A DNA stretch of 64,000 nucleotides. Source: Candidatus Euphemobacter frigidus. GTDB lineage: Bacteria; Auribacterota; Erginobacteria; Erginobacterales; Erginobacteraceae. Below, one piece after another: positions 28,501-37,016 of this stretch. Positions within the stretch are counted from its first letter, which is position 1; each line of letters starts with the position of its first letter. The stretch is from assembly GCA_030765805.1 (NCBI GenBank), contig JAVCDH010000111.1, forward strand, positions 5,424-69,423. The letters run 5' to 3'. Below the pieces are notes generated by a model. It was given only the letters and a program-made list of their open reading frames with translations, searched no databases and was not told the DNA's origin. The position numbers and the translations under genes are program-made.

Positions 28501-30852
28501 CCAGATATTGACATTGTAATCCCTTCCCCCGCTCCCCGCGTAGATCCGGGAGGTGTCGGCGAATACCGAGTTCAGCCACCCCCCGGACCCGGAGAGCCTG
28601 GTCTGGAGATTGAAGTCGGACCGGTTCCAGATATAGAGAGACCGGTCATAGTTGGCGGAATATAGGTAGTCGGCGTCCGCGTAGACCGACTCGGCGAAGT
28701 ACTGCCCATCCCCCAGGACATGGAGCAGCTCGAAGGTCCGCCGGTCCCAGACGTAGACCCGGCTGTCGTCGTTCGAGCCGTAGATATAGTCGCCATCGGC
28801 ATAGACCGAGAGCATCTCCTTGCAATCGGGGACGGTAAGACTCGTCACCGGCCGGTAGGACGACCGGTCCCAGATATATATATGCTTATCTTCACTGGCT
28901 CCGTAGATATAGTCACCGTCGGCATAGACCCCGAGCATCCAGCCCTTTCCCCGGGAGAGAACAGCCAGAAGCGTGAACTCAAGCGGAGTCGGTGAGGGGG
29001 CCGGAGTCGGAGTCGTGAAAAACCGGATTCCAAAGGTAGGCGAGGGCGAAGGCAGCCGGGTTAGGAGCACTTCCGGTGTACCGGTCGGAACCGCGGTAGG
29101 AGGGGGCGGCGGAGTATGGAACCCTTTCGGAGAGGGCGTCGTCGAGGGCGGCGGTGTCGGCGTTCGGTAATCCGCCGGCGTGGCGGAAGGCGGCGGGGTC
29201 GGGGTCGGAGTGGGAGACGGCGACGGCGTGGGGGTCGGGGTTCTCTCAGCCAGCCAGAGATATATATTGCCGTCGGCATTGGCCCCGTAGATATAATGGG
29301 TAAAGGAATCTCCGGGCCGGTAGCGGTCGGCAAAGACACCATTCATCGGCAACCCGCTCGCCTTCAGTTTCGTCTGGGGGGAGAAGTCCGTGAGTCTCCA
29401 GGCGTTGATTGCACCGTCGGGACCGGCGCCATACAGGTAGTTCCGGTCGTCGGAACTGAGACTCCCGATCGGACCGGGCGCCCCGCGGAGAGCGGTCTGG
29501 AGATTGAAAGAGCCTTTCACCCAGGCAGCGGCGGCCGGGGCGGACCCTCCGCCGTAGCAGTAAGAACTGTCAACGGCCGCCGCCCACATAATATCCGTGC
29601 TCTCGGAGAAGGCACCGGCCGGAACAAAGGTCTCTCTATCCCAGAGATAGAGAGACCCGTCCACGTTGGCCCCGTAAATATAATCGTCATCCAGGCAGAC
29701 CGAGAGCATCGGCCCCAGCCCCCGGTCAAGGACAGTCTGGAGGCTGAAATCGGAGGCAGCCCAGAGATAGATCCTCCCATCGTTGTTGGCCCCGCAGATG
29801 ATCTCGGAATCTCCGGCTACCGAGTACATGAAGCCCCCGCCCTGGTCGAGAACGGCCAGCAGAGAGAAGCCTCTCCCTCGAATGTCGTAGTCCCAGGCGT
29901 AGACGTTGCTGTCCGCGCTCGCTCCGTATAAACGCCGGTAAGATGACCCGCGGACAGACTGTATTCCATAGATATTCCCGGCGGTATACCCGCCAATAGT
30001 CTCCAGAAAATTGAAACCGGCCGGTCCCCTCTCCCAGATATAGACCCGGCCGTCCCCGGCTCCTCCGTAGAGATACCGGTCGTCCGCCCAGACCGACCAG
30101 ACCGGGCTGGCGACCGGGATGATATACACCAGATCGAAAGGCGCCGGACCGGGGATGGAGGCAGGAGAAGGCAGGGGGGACGGGGTTAAAGACCGGAGTT
30201 GCTTGCGAGAGGCGGTGGGTGTCGCAGTCGGGGTTGGGGTTGGGGTTGACGTCGGAGTGGGAGATGGTGTGGTGGATGGAGTTGGACTGGGCGCCGGGGT
30301 CGGGGTCTTCGGGGTACGGGTCGTGATGGTGGTCGGGGTAGGAGCCGGGGTGGGGGTCATAAAGGGGATACCGAACAACTCCAGGTAGACCGCTCGATAG
30401 GCCTTTTCAAGAAGGGAATAGGAGAGGCTCTTCTTATGGGGATCATACTTCGTCTCCGGATAAACATCATACTCGACCCTGGTCCGGTCGGGGTATATAA
30501 TGATGATCTCCTGCTTCTCGGACGTGTGATCGAAGATACCCCCCGCCGGCCGGATTTGCCGGGCCCCCGGGCCGAAGGCGGCAAAGAGCTCTTCCGGCGG
30601 GATCCAGGCCGCGGAGACCATCTTCGGGGTCGATGTCGGGGTCGGACTTGGAGTTCTATACGCATCCGGTGTCGGAGTCGGGTGGATCCGGAACCAGGTT
30701 CGGATCGGCGACGCGCCGACAACAACCGGGGATTCCGGGGGGAGGGGCATGGCCCCGTCACCCCACAGATCGGACAGAGAGAGGACCAGCCATACCCCTG
30801 AAATTATCGCGCCCGTGATCAGCGTCTTCATCATCTTCATTCTCACTCTCAT
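25582..30852 (-). CDS. giant (1756 aa) secreted multidomain protein: signal peptide, Pro/Thr-rich linkers, two WD40/PQQ-like beta-propeller repeat blocks, lamin-tail domain (LTD), and a C-terminal polysaccharide-lyase-like region (heparinase II/III- or alginate-lyase-like, tentative)
   Basis: Signal peptide MKTLITGAIISGVWLVLSL. There are about 14 repeats of the form D-G-x-IY-x-W-D...L-x-G (YIYGA.ADGNIYLW). The LTD signature is GDVVINEIAWGGT...QWIELYNNG...LDGWKL. Long PTPTPSPSPTP linkers separate the blocks. The C-terminal 600 aa are alpha-rich with an NHGNYAQG motif. The gene starts 32 bp downstream of gspM on the same strand. Confidence 0.75.
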   Translation of the reverse strand: MRVRMKMMKTLITGAIISGVWLVLSLSDLWGDGAMPLPPESPVVVGASPIRTWFRIHPTPTPDAYRTPSPTPTSTPKMVSAAWIPPEELFAAFGPGARQIRPAGGIFDHTSEKQEIIIIYPDRTRVEYDVYPETKYDPHKKSLSYSLLEKAYRAVYLELFGIPFMTPTPAPTPTTITTRTPKTPTPAPSPTPSTTPSPTPTSTPTPTPTATPTASRKQLRSLTPSPLPSPASIPGPAPFDLVYIIPVASPVWSVWADDRYLYGGAGDGRVYIWERGPAGFNFLETIGGYTAGNIYGIQSVRGSSYRRLYGASADSNVYAWDYDIRGRGFSLLAVLDQGGGFMYSVAGDSEIICGANNDGRIYLWAASDFSLQTVLDRGLGPMLSVCLDDDYIYGANVDGSLYLWDRETFVPAGAFSESTDIMWAAAVDSSYCYGGGSAPAAAAWVKGSFNLQTALRGAPGPIGSLSSDDRNYLYGAGPDGAINAWRLTDFSPQTKLKASGLPMNGVFADRYRPGDSFTHYIYGANADGNIYLWLAERTPTPTPSPSPTPTPTPPPSATPADYRTPTPPPSTTPSPKGFHTPPPPPTAVPTGTPEVLLTRLPSPSPTFGIRFFTTPTPAPSPTPLEFTLLAVLSRGKGWMLGVYADGDYIYGASEDKHIYIWDRSSYRPVTSLTVPDCKEMLSVYADGDYIYGSNDDSRVYVWDRRTFELLHVLGDGQYFAESVYADADYLYSANYDRSLYIWNRSDFNLQTRLSGSGGWLNSVFADTSRIYAGSGGRDYNVNIWDRTTFNLKKILAGPTDDLNAVRADNDYIYGASADSNIYLWDYGSFRLEKILAEPLNQVTSVVSGGNYIYGSSLDNGIYIWRKPGLSLYGVIDEAKQSMQWVYLDGEQIFGAARDGNIYVWQAPPAGSRAEVVTTPTPASKDPSDWIPGPTPSGEGSPSGGDEEDAFPVLNPTPPVYEWKPPAEPYDPHKETLNYPLLQETYKKVYLEFFNILLTTPSPPPTPVPTPSAVPGPTGSPGTTGDVVINEIAWGGTFDGTDQQWIELYNNGTSTVSLDGWKLRDDSAAWSPISFSSSYSIAGGGYFVLSTNSPSGAIGNMTYLNKQMNSSGGHLVLVDSSAASVDTVNCAGNWFAGDPGYSMERIDPAIPGSAGNWNTAPTSKVYGSSGSYGTPGARNSQQPLGSAYGLVAGASAYDVDLRLQDYVDWIDFANGHYFKIYEWDLSKVDKKYALYDYLPNTAFIYLVTGYKPTGRYFKEKLLELIRDTKFDWGGEEHCRYIADVAEAYLAMLGEGFFSKEERVEIEEKFYRLAIEKRGFYNHGNYAQGIVCGLNAVVGYIVGGKRGDKMISWANRLLSYDDTWTLPYNSRHYQGLFIREMLRVALYSNRMTIPDLDEWGVAWKSNFIRQVEWIIDTFPHNGYNPAYGRDYRQNYVDHYMAPLAVATTVLDDGNPDHIRLAREAKWLLQEMFGYGTTHRVGDFGRNTYGYEAPQWGPFAILLNPLYLYWYLNEGLQPQRPGLARTGSRAIYRPMAIKKSIADGYDESLKSFKIQLDKIIHRTGWEDNALFLMLDPAYPAAKSGKCGFANNIVSLSYGPEEFMTGLTMTFFNHGKTKANISDILGKYSSAQLVSWVNNEKFSRSVTRLKDGKKTWTREITLYKQGDRRIEVKDTLSRRGSVYWHFQGIPQWRGNGVVLDVNGTSLQVTWAGVERATHRDRTSWSDPNPVHRWCYSGDPDREVKLYRSAPGTITTIFRGL

Positions 30853-30884
30853 CTTCTTCCCCTCTCTTCTTTTAACCTATTCGA

Positions 30885-31421
30885 TTATTTCAAAGGCCGG
30901 GTGGAGACAACGGTAAAATCCACGTCCAAAAGATCTTCGGCATTTCGCCCCAGCTTGATCTTCAGTTGATTGACCTTCATTCCTTCCGGTGACGCCTCTA
31001 TCCCGGCCAGGATATTGACCAACTCCGGTACGGCAACTTTGCCCAGACGAACAGTCACAAATGTCTGGCGGTAGAGACCTTGGACAGTTTTATCCCGGGA
31101 CTCTATCATCTTATCTAATGCGACAGCCGGGGCTTCTTCCTTGATCAACTTTTCAAGAAATCCATACACCGACACGCCTTTCTTCCGGTCCCCCATCCCG
31201 GCTGTCAGAGCGCCGATCTCCTGTTGAAGGCGGCAATACCGCCCCCGAAGGCCGATCATCTTCAATAGGACGTTCTCCCGGGTCGTCACCTCGCTCCGAA
31301 AGGTTGTCCACCGGTTCCAGAGTGAGTTCTCCCAGAGGTAGAAATACCAGAGAAGGACGATGAGCAGCACAGCGAATCCGCCCATGATCAAGGCCCGTTT
31401 TTCTTGTTTCTTCAATTTCAT
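30885..31421 (-). CDS. gspM: type II secretion system protein GspM
   Basis: 178 aa with a single N-terminal TM helix (FAVLLIVLLWYF), then a coiled-coil and an alpha/beta domain. It occupies the last position of a canonical gspC-M operon. Assigned by position and topology. Confidence 0.55.
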   Translation of the reverse strand: MKLKKQEKRALIMGGFAVLLIVLLWYFYLWENSLWNRWTTFRSEVTTRENVLLKMIGLRGRYCRLQQEIGALTAGMGDRKKGVSVYGFLEKLIKEEAPAVALDKMIESRDKTVQGLYRQTFVTVRLGKVAVPELVNILAGIEASPEGMKVNQLKIKLGRNAEDLLDVDFTVVSTRPLK

Positions 31422-31491
31422 AAAATTTTTACTCCGTAAAAATTTTATTGAGTCAAAAAATAAAAATTCCTATCATTCATTCTGCTTTTCG

Positions 31492-33120
31492 CTATTTTAT
31501 GTGGGCAAGAGGAATATTGTACTCAAACTCCACGGTCACAAGCTGCCCCCCCTTTCTCCTGGTCTTCGAACCCTTGGCTTCGTGAATCTTGTCCCCCTCA
31601 AAATACCTGGATTTGGCTAACGCGTTCTTAATCAGGTCTACCGAACGGAAGCTATTGGTTCTCCCCCGGAAGAGGACACGCTTGTTGTTGATATCCATGG
31701 TTACAACCTGGACTTTAAGTGAATCGGGGATGATCCGGCTGATCTCCCGCAGGATATCCAGAGCGGAGACCGAGACCATGTCGTGGTAGAACTTTAACTC
31801 CCTCCCGGCCTGTTCCACCCCTTCCTTCATTGCTTTCAATTCGCTTTCCGTTTCCGGCTCCGGTTGATCGGGGAAGGTCCGGCGCACGATCAGACTGATT
31901 CTCCGGGCCAGGTTCTGGGACGTGATCTCTTCCAGCCGTATCTTCCAGAACAATCCCGCCGCCAGCACGACAATCAACCCCACAACAAGGCCGGCGGTCA
32001 ACAGGAGGCGGCGGCGGGTCTTCTCCCAGTACCCTTCAAAGGCAAACTCGGCTATGCGAAAATCAAGCCGGGCCCGGATCGGCGTAACTTCTCCCAGGGC
32101 CAGTCCCAGCGCCGGCAAGGCTGCGGCGGGATGATCGGGGAACTTCTTCGCTTTGAGCGAACTCCAGGGGTCGAGGTCCAGCACCTTCAGATCGAGCTTC
32201 CGGCCCAGATACTCCTTCAACCCCGCCTGACGGGTGGCGTCCCCGGCCAGGATGAGATTTAGCGGAGCGCGCCCACCCGTGACCGTGATCGCTGAATCCA
32301 CCGTTCTGAGCAACTCCGCCTCCAACCGGGAGAAGGCGTCTCCGCAAACGGAGATGATCCGGTCCCGGAGGGAAGAATCCTCAGCGGCGGCGGCTTTCAT
32401 CGACTCCGCCTCCATGAATTCGCATCCCATCTTCTCCATTATCGCCGCGGTCACCACATCTCCTCCCCACGAAAAACTCCTCAAGGAGACCACTGTGCCC
32501 CCCAGTAAAAATGCCACGCCGGTATGAACGGCCCCAATCTCCAGAAGCATCGTCACCTCGTCGGGGGGGAGAGTGGGCAAGTAGGTATAGGCCCGGCAGC
32601 TTCCCAGAAGATCAATGCTCACTTTAGTCGGATCCAGGCCGACCTCGGAGAGCAAGCCGAGGTGAGCTTCCAGGACCACTTTTTTTACGGCAACCATTAT
32701 TACCCTGGTCTTTCCTTCCGCCAGCTCTTCCGCCGGCCAGAAATCCATCACAACCTGCTCCAGGGGGAAAGGGACATGAATCTCGGCCTCCGCCGCTATC
32801 ACCTGTCTGATCTGAGAAAGTCGGGCAAAGGGCATCTCCAGGGACCGGACGAAGACCCGATGGACGGGGAGGGTACTGCAGATAACCTCTTCTTTCCATC
32901 CGACCTCACTGACCAACCGCCGCAACTGTTCCAGCACCACTTCCGGCGGCGCGGGGCCCGGCCTTTCCCGGGGGATGATGCATTCCCGCAGATCGGAGAG
33001 ACGGATCCTTTTGCCGCTCCTCTTCAGGGCTACCATCCGGATGCCCGTCGTCCCGATCTCGATCGCCCGGCAGCTATAAACCGATGCCGATCCTTTCTGG
33101 AATAGATCTTTTATGTTCAT
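31492..33120 (-). CDS. gspL: type II secretion system protein GspL (PilM-like actin-fold cytoplasmic domain fused to PilN-like TM/periplasmic domain)
   Basis: N-terminal region SCRAIEIGTTGIRMVAL is PilM/GspL-cyto-like. There is a central TM helix (LLLTAGLVVGLIVVLAAGLFW) and a periplasmic C-terminal domain. Operon position between gspK and gspM. Confidence 0.65.
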   Translation of the reverse strand: MNIKDLFQKGSASVYSCRAIEIGTTGIRMVALKRSGKRIRLSDLRECIIPRERPGPAPPEVVLEQLRRLVSEVGWKEEVICSTLPVHRVFVRSLEMPFARLSQIRQVIAAEAEIHVPFPLEQVVMDFWPAEELAEGKTRVIMVAVKKVVLEAHLGLLSEVGLDPTKVSIDLLGSCRAYTYLPTLPPDEVTMLLEIGAVHTGVAFLLGGTVVSLRSFSWGGDVVTAAIMEKMGCEFMEAESMKAAAAEDSSLRDRIISVCGDAFSRLEAELLRTVDSAITVTGGRAPLNLILAGDATRQAGLKEYLGRKLDLKVLDLDPWSSLKAKKFPDHPAAALPALGLALGEVTPIRARLDFRIAEFAFEGYWEKTRRRLLLTAGLVVGLIVVLAAGLFWKIRLEEITSQNLARRISLIVRRTFPDQPEPETESELKAMKEGVEQAGRELKFYHDMVSVSALDILREISRIIPDSLKVQVVTMDINNKRVLFRGRTNSFRSVDLIKNALAKSRYFEGDKIHEAKGSKTRRKGGQLVTVEFEYNIPLAHIK

Positions 33121-33180
33121 TAGAACTTATCCCTCACTAAGCTTACACTGAGGGACTCGAATGTGTTCGGGCAACGTTCT

Positions 33181-33224
33181 GAAGTGCCTAAAGTGAACTA
33201 AAGTGAGCTAAAGTGACTAAAGTT
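33181..33224. repeat. tandem 9-mer array (CTAAAGTGA x3-4) in the gspL-gspK spacer
   Basis: gaagtgcctaaagtgaactaaagtgagctaaagtgactaaagtt is read directly from the sequence. Confidence 0.9.
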
Positions 33225-33230
33225 AAAAAA

Positions 33231-34610
33231 CTAACGGCCTTCGAACCGCCAATAGCAGACCACTATCCGGTTCTTCCGGCGCTGTACCACGGCTCGCACC
33301 CGGGCGGTTGTCTCCCCTACCCTCCCTTCAGAGAGGATGGTGAAATATTCACTCTGGACTTTGAAATGTTCGAGAAACTTGTCTTGCATCTCCTCGCTTA
33401 AAAACTCGTCGTTGTTGATATCTTCAATCGCCTGAAAGGGGAGCTCCTCCCGGGCATCGATAATATCGCCGGCCAGTGTCATCTGATCGTCGTTATCATC
33501 CTGAAGCATTACTTCCAGCACCTCCCTCGAGGCGGTGTTGATGTTGACCTTGCCGTCTCCGTAGACCGTCAGGTATCCCCGCAGCCCCGGGAACGGTTTC
33601 CTGGCCCAGGGATCGATCAACTGGAGCTCGCTCTCTTCCTTCTCTATCTCGATCTCTTCCCGCCCGGGCGCCCCCATAAGCCAGGTCCGGGTCATATCTT
33701 TTATCAACGCCAGTTCCCCGATCGTCTCCATGGGGCCGCTCCGTGAGATGCCATCCGGATCGGAGCCCTCGTCTTCCTCGAACCAGTCAACGATCGCATC
33801 CATGGTCCCTTTCGGCGTATCGAAGAGCGCTTTGGCGAAGGGGTCGATCCCATCCGCCGCATCAGCCAGGGCCCGGATCTTCTCCAGCAGAAGCTTAAGG
33901 GCCAGATACTCCGTCGATTCATCGTCTATCTCTATCTCCTCATCCTCCTTATCGTCCTCTTCCCTGTCATTCTCCTTCTTCTCCTCTTTCTCTGCTCGCT
34001 CTTTTTGCTTTCTCTTCTCCTTATCCCCCTCCTTCTTTTTTTCGGACTCGTCCTCTTCTTCCGCTGACTCGCCGCCGGCAAGCCCCTCCCGGGCCGCCGC
34101 GATCTCCTTGACGGCATCCTCCAGGAGGAGATTCAGGTTGAACTTTCGTTCCTCGTCGATGATCATAAAGTAGTAGGTTCCCGAGCCGAGCGTTGCCGGA
34201 GATTGAGGACGCGCCCAATCTTCATCGAGACTGTCAATCCCATCTTCTTCTTCCTCGGACCGGCTACCTCCCGCCTGGTTTCCCACCACCTCCTCGCCTT
34301 CACCGGAACCCAGGTCGACCAGCTTATCTTCTTCCAGCAACGCGATAGCCTGACTAATACCGGCCCGGGCCAGATAATACGCTTCCAGATTATCCCGAAA
34401 ACCGGCCGCCATCCGCACATCCAGGGTACTGAGATAATTATACTGCATGACCAGCACCCCCAGGAGGACGATCACCAGAACGACCGTCAGCAGAACCACG
34501 CCGGACTGCGCCTCTGCCCGGGCCCCTTTTCTGGCGGGGTTCACGGGCCATAGCCCCGATACATCGGGGCTATGGCCCGCGACGGCAGGATTAACAGGGT
34601 CATTACGCAT
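33231..34610 (-). CDS. gspK: type II secretion system minor pseudopilin GspK with a large E/K-rich low-complexity insertion
   Basis: Prepilin-like N-terminus ...AQSGVVLLTVVLVIVLLGVLV. The C-terminal motifs NINTASREVL and YFTILSEGRVGETTARV are typical of GspK. An insertion of about 110 aa runs EEEDESEKKKEGDKEKRKQKERAEKEEKKENDREEDDKEDEE. An alternative GTG start at 34544 would give a 15-aa leader. Confidence 0.7.
   Translation of the reverse strand: MRNDPVNPAVAGHSPDVSGLWPVNPARKGARAEAQSGVVLLTVVLVIVLLGVLVMQYNYLSTLDVRMAAGFRDNLEAYYLARAGISQAIALLEEDKLVDLGSGEGEEVVGNQAGGSRSEEEEDGIDSLDEDWARPQSPATLGSGTYYFMIIDEERKFNLNLLLEDAVKEIAAAREGLAGGESAEEEDESEKKKEGDKEKRKQKERAEKEEKKENDREEDDKEDEEIEIDDESTEYLALKLLLEKIRALADAADGIDPFAKALFDTPKGTMDAIVDWFEEDEGSDPDGISRSGPMETIGELALIKDMTRTWLMGAPGREEIEIEKEESELQLIDPWARKPFPGLRGYLTVYGDGKVNINTASREVLEVMLQDDNDDQMTLAGDIIDAREELPFQAIEDINNDEFLSEEMQDKFLEHFKVQSEYFTILSEGRVGETTARVRAVVQRRKNRIVVCYWRFEGR
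34545..34578. repeat. perfect 16-bp-stem palindrome (gggccatagccccgat-ac-atcggggctatggccc) at the gspJ-gspK junction
   Basis: Seen in sequence. It lies immediately 5' of the candidate GTG start of gspK, and inside the coding sequence if the ATG at 34610 is used. Confidence 0.9.
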
Positions 34611-34712
34611 CCACCTCGGCCCCTTTCCTGAAACCGCGGATTATGCTGATTAAGCGGATTATATCCCTCTACTCCGGCCTCCGTGTCACGTTCGACGTTC
34701 ATTCGTTATTAG

Positions 34713-35438
34713 TCATTCCTCCATCTCCTCTTCATCCTCTTCCATCCGGGGGATCATCGGCAGGGAGGCGACAGTACTGAATCGGGTCGTCTCCTTCTCG
34801 CCTTCCAGGCCCATGGAGATGGTTATCCTCACCCCATAGGGGAGCGCCGGCGCCTCCGATTCTTCCGCCACATTCTCCTCCTCCACTTCCCACGCTTCTA
34901 CCCACTCGCCTTCTGCGTCAAAGTATTTAAAATCAAGCGCCCGGACGTTCTCCGCCAGAATGATCTCTTCTCCTTCCTGGAACAATTCCTCCGCCTCCAG
35001 GATAAAATAGGGCGCTGTCTTCATGAAGAGCAACCCATCCTGGCGCCCGTGGCCAAGGTAATAACTGACCTCGAACGAGTCATATCCGATCTCATCTTCT
35101 TCCCCCCGAAGACAGGTCGTCGTCACCATGTTCAGGGTATCGTTCTCGAATCCGCCGTACCATTCATCCTTTCCCAGAAACTTCGTCCCTTGTTCGGCAA
35201 AGAGGGGCTGGTAGGCTCCGCTGATCTCCTTTGCCATGGTGTCCAGGACAATCCGGGCGGTCTGATAGATATCGGAGACCCGGCTATAGTTTCGAGTTGT
35301 CTTCATTACCGTATAATAGGCCCCGTAGACTGAAGCCAGAACCACCGCTCCCAGAGTGATGGCGATCAGGATCTCGATGATGGTGAACCCCCCGTTCCGC
35401 TCCTGAGCTAAAACCCGGCCTGCTCTTCTCCCGATCAC
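34713..35438 (-). CDS. gspJ: type II secretion system minor pseudopilin GspJ with acidic C-terminal tail
   Basis: Prepilin motif GGFTIIEILIAITLGAVVLAS. 241 aa. Acidic tail PRMEEDEEEMEE. Operon position. Confidence 0.7.
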   Translation of the reverse strand: MIGRRAGRVLAQERNGGFTIIEILIAITLGAVVLASVYGAYYTVMKTTRNYSRVSDIYQTARIVLDTMAKEISGAYQPLFAEQGTKFLGKDEWYGGFENDTLNMVTTTCLRGEEDEIGYDSFEVSYYLGHGRQDGLLFMKTAPYFILEAEELFQEGEEIILAENVRALDFKYFDAEGEWVEAWEVEEENVAEESEAPALPYGVRITISMGLEGEKETTRFSTVASLPMIPRMEEDEEEMEE

Positions 35439-35920
35439 AGGTCTTCTTCCTCTTCTTCCTCTTCTTCAAAATAGAGGTTCACAATGTATGAGACGATATC
35501 AACACCCGGGCGCCCTTTCTCGCCCGCGGGAGCAGCGAACCGCGCCGAGACCTCGACTTCCGCCTGAAGCAGGGCGCCGGAGTCGGCCTCCGTTATCTCC
35601 TCCTTCACCTTGAGAAAGGGATGCTCCTCATCTTCTTGCGCATTCGCCATACCCGTCTCATAAGAGGCGTCATCACCCGAGAGCGCCATGAAGCCGAGAG
35701 ATTCCAGTGTGCCGATCCGGCTCTGGGCCAGAAGCCCGGCCTGAGTCAACTCCTTGGCCCGTCGCAGATTTCGGACGGTGGTGGCATGCGTCACCAGGAG
35801 CGGGACCATCCCCACGGCCAACAAGGCCACGGAGATCATCACCTCCAGGAGGGTAAAACCTCCGCTCTTCTCCTTCGGAAAGAGCTTCCTGCTTGCGTGG
35901 ATAATAGATAAGAGAGCCAT
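35435..35920 (-). CDS. gspI: type II secretion system minor pseudopilin GspI with poly-Glu C-terminal tail
   Basis: Prepilin motif GGFTLLEVMISVALLAVG. 161 aa, ending YFEEEEEEEEDL. The 4-bp overlap with gspJ suggests translational coupling. Confidence 0.7.
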   Translation of the reverse strand: MALLSIIHASRKLFPKEKSGGFTLLEVMISVALLAVGMVPLLVTHATTVRNLRRAKELTQAGLLAQSRIGTLESLGFMALSGDDASYETGMANAQEDEEHPFLKVKEEITEADSGALLQAEVEVSARFAAPAGEKGRPGVDIVSYIVNLYFEEEEEEEEDL

Positions 35921-36010
35921 AATGACAGCTAATTTATTGCTTCCGAGTCACAATATTTAAATTCCAGATAAATGTCTCTACACAGATACTCGTCCCCTGT
36001 GCGAGCACCC

Positions 36011-36529
36011 CTACTCCATGGCTATGACCTCCGATCGCCCGGTATACGGCTTGACCTTGATCTTGACTTTATCCCCCTGGTCTGTCTCCAGGAAGATCTC
36101 GGCACCGTTCGAGTTTCCCCGGGGATAGAACCGGACAACCGGTTCGAACCACTCGACAACGCGGCGGCCCAGTTTCAGGCGCCGGACGCTGATTCCATCT
36201 GGAATCTTCCGCTTCTTCGGTTCCTCGCTTTCTTCTCCGCGACCGTAGTAATCGCTCTCTTCGTCAAGGCTCGTGATCCAGTATTCATTCTCTTCCCGGT
36301 TAATATGAAAGGTATATATCCGACCGTCAATCACCGCCCGGGAACGGGCGTAATCAAGCGAACCGGCAAGTTCCCGGCAGAAGCCCAAAAGCTTTCGGCC
36401 CGAGAAGAGCCCGGCGAGCTTCGGGAAGGTCACCATGAATACCACCCCGATCAAAATCAGGACCACTGAAAGCTCGATCAGCGTAAAACCGCTATGCCGG
36501 GTTGACGGCCGTATAATATTCATTGACAT
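36011..36529 (-). CDS. gspH: type II secretion system pseudopilin GspH
   Basis: Prepilin motif SGFTLIELSVVLILIGVV. 172 aa. Operon position. Confidence 0.7.
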   Translation of the reverse strand: MSMNIIRPSTRHSGFTLIELSVVLILIGVVFMVTFPKLAGLFSGRKLLGFCRELAGSLDYARSRAVIDGRIYTFHINREENEYWITSLDEESDYYGRGEESEEPKKRKIPDGISVRRLKLGRRVVEWFEPVVRFYPRGNSNGAEIFLETDQGDKVKIKVKPYTGRSEVIAME

Positions 36530-36556
36530 TAGTCACCAGTCACCGGTCACCAGTCC

Positions 36557-36967
36557 CTATTCCCCACTTCCCCCTTCTATATCCCAGTTCATGATGTCGG
36601 CGTTATCCCCCGTCCCCCCCGCCACCCCATCTTTCCCGTAGGATGCGATATCCACTTCCTGGCTATGCTGGCTGACCGATGAATAGAAGTAGGGATTGCC
36701 CCAGGGATCTTTGGGGACCTTCGGCAAGTACTTGGGGACCAGGGGCGACAGGGAATCGGGGTATGAGTAATGGTCGGCGAAATACATCCCCAGCGCCAGC
36801 TCGATATTCTTGATCCCGGCCTGGGCGGCGCCCCGCTGCCCTTTCCCGATTGCCTGAAAAAGCTTGGGGGCGATAACGGCAGCCAGAAAGCCGATAATCG
36901 CGATCACCACCAATAACTCCACCAGTGTAAAGCCCCGGGACATTTTGAGTCTGGTTCTTGAACTCAT
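36557..36967 (-). CDS. gspG: type II secretion system major pseudopilin GspG
   Basis: RGFTLVELLVVIAIIGFLAA followed by the GspG-specific DPWGNPYFY motif. 136 aa. Confidence 0.9.
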   Translation of the reverse strand: MSSRTRLKMSRGFTLVELLVVIAIIGFLAAVIAPKLFQAIGKGQRGAAQAGIKNIELALGMYFADHYSYPDSLSPLVPKYLPKVPKDPWGNPYFYSSVSQHSQEVDIASYGKDGVAGGTGDNADIMNWDIEGGSGE

Positions 36968-37016
36968 TTTAAAAAATCTCCCTGTGTTTGATTTTTTATA
37001 AACTCAATTTTGATTT

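Noticed and set aside
34611-34712. Considered the gspJ-gspK spacer hairpin as a rho-independent terminator
   Set aside because: The palindrome is not followed by a U-tract on the transcribed (minus) strand. It is reported instead as a possible translational or processing element.
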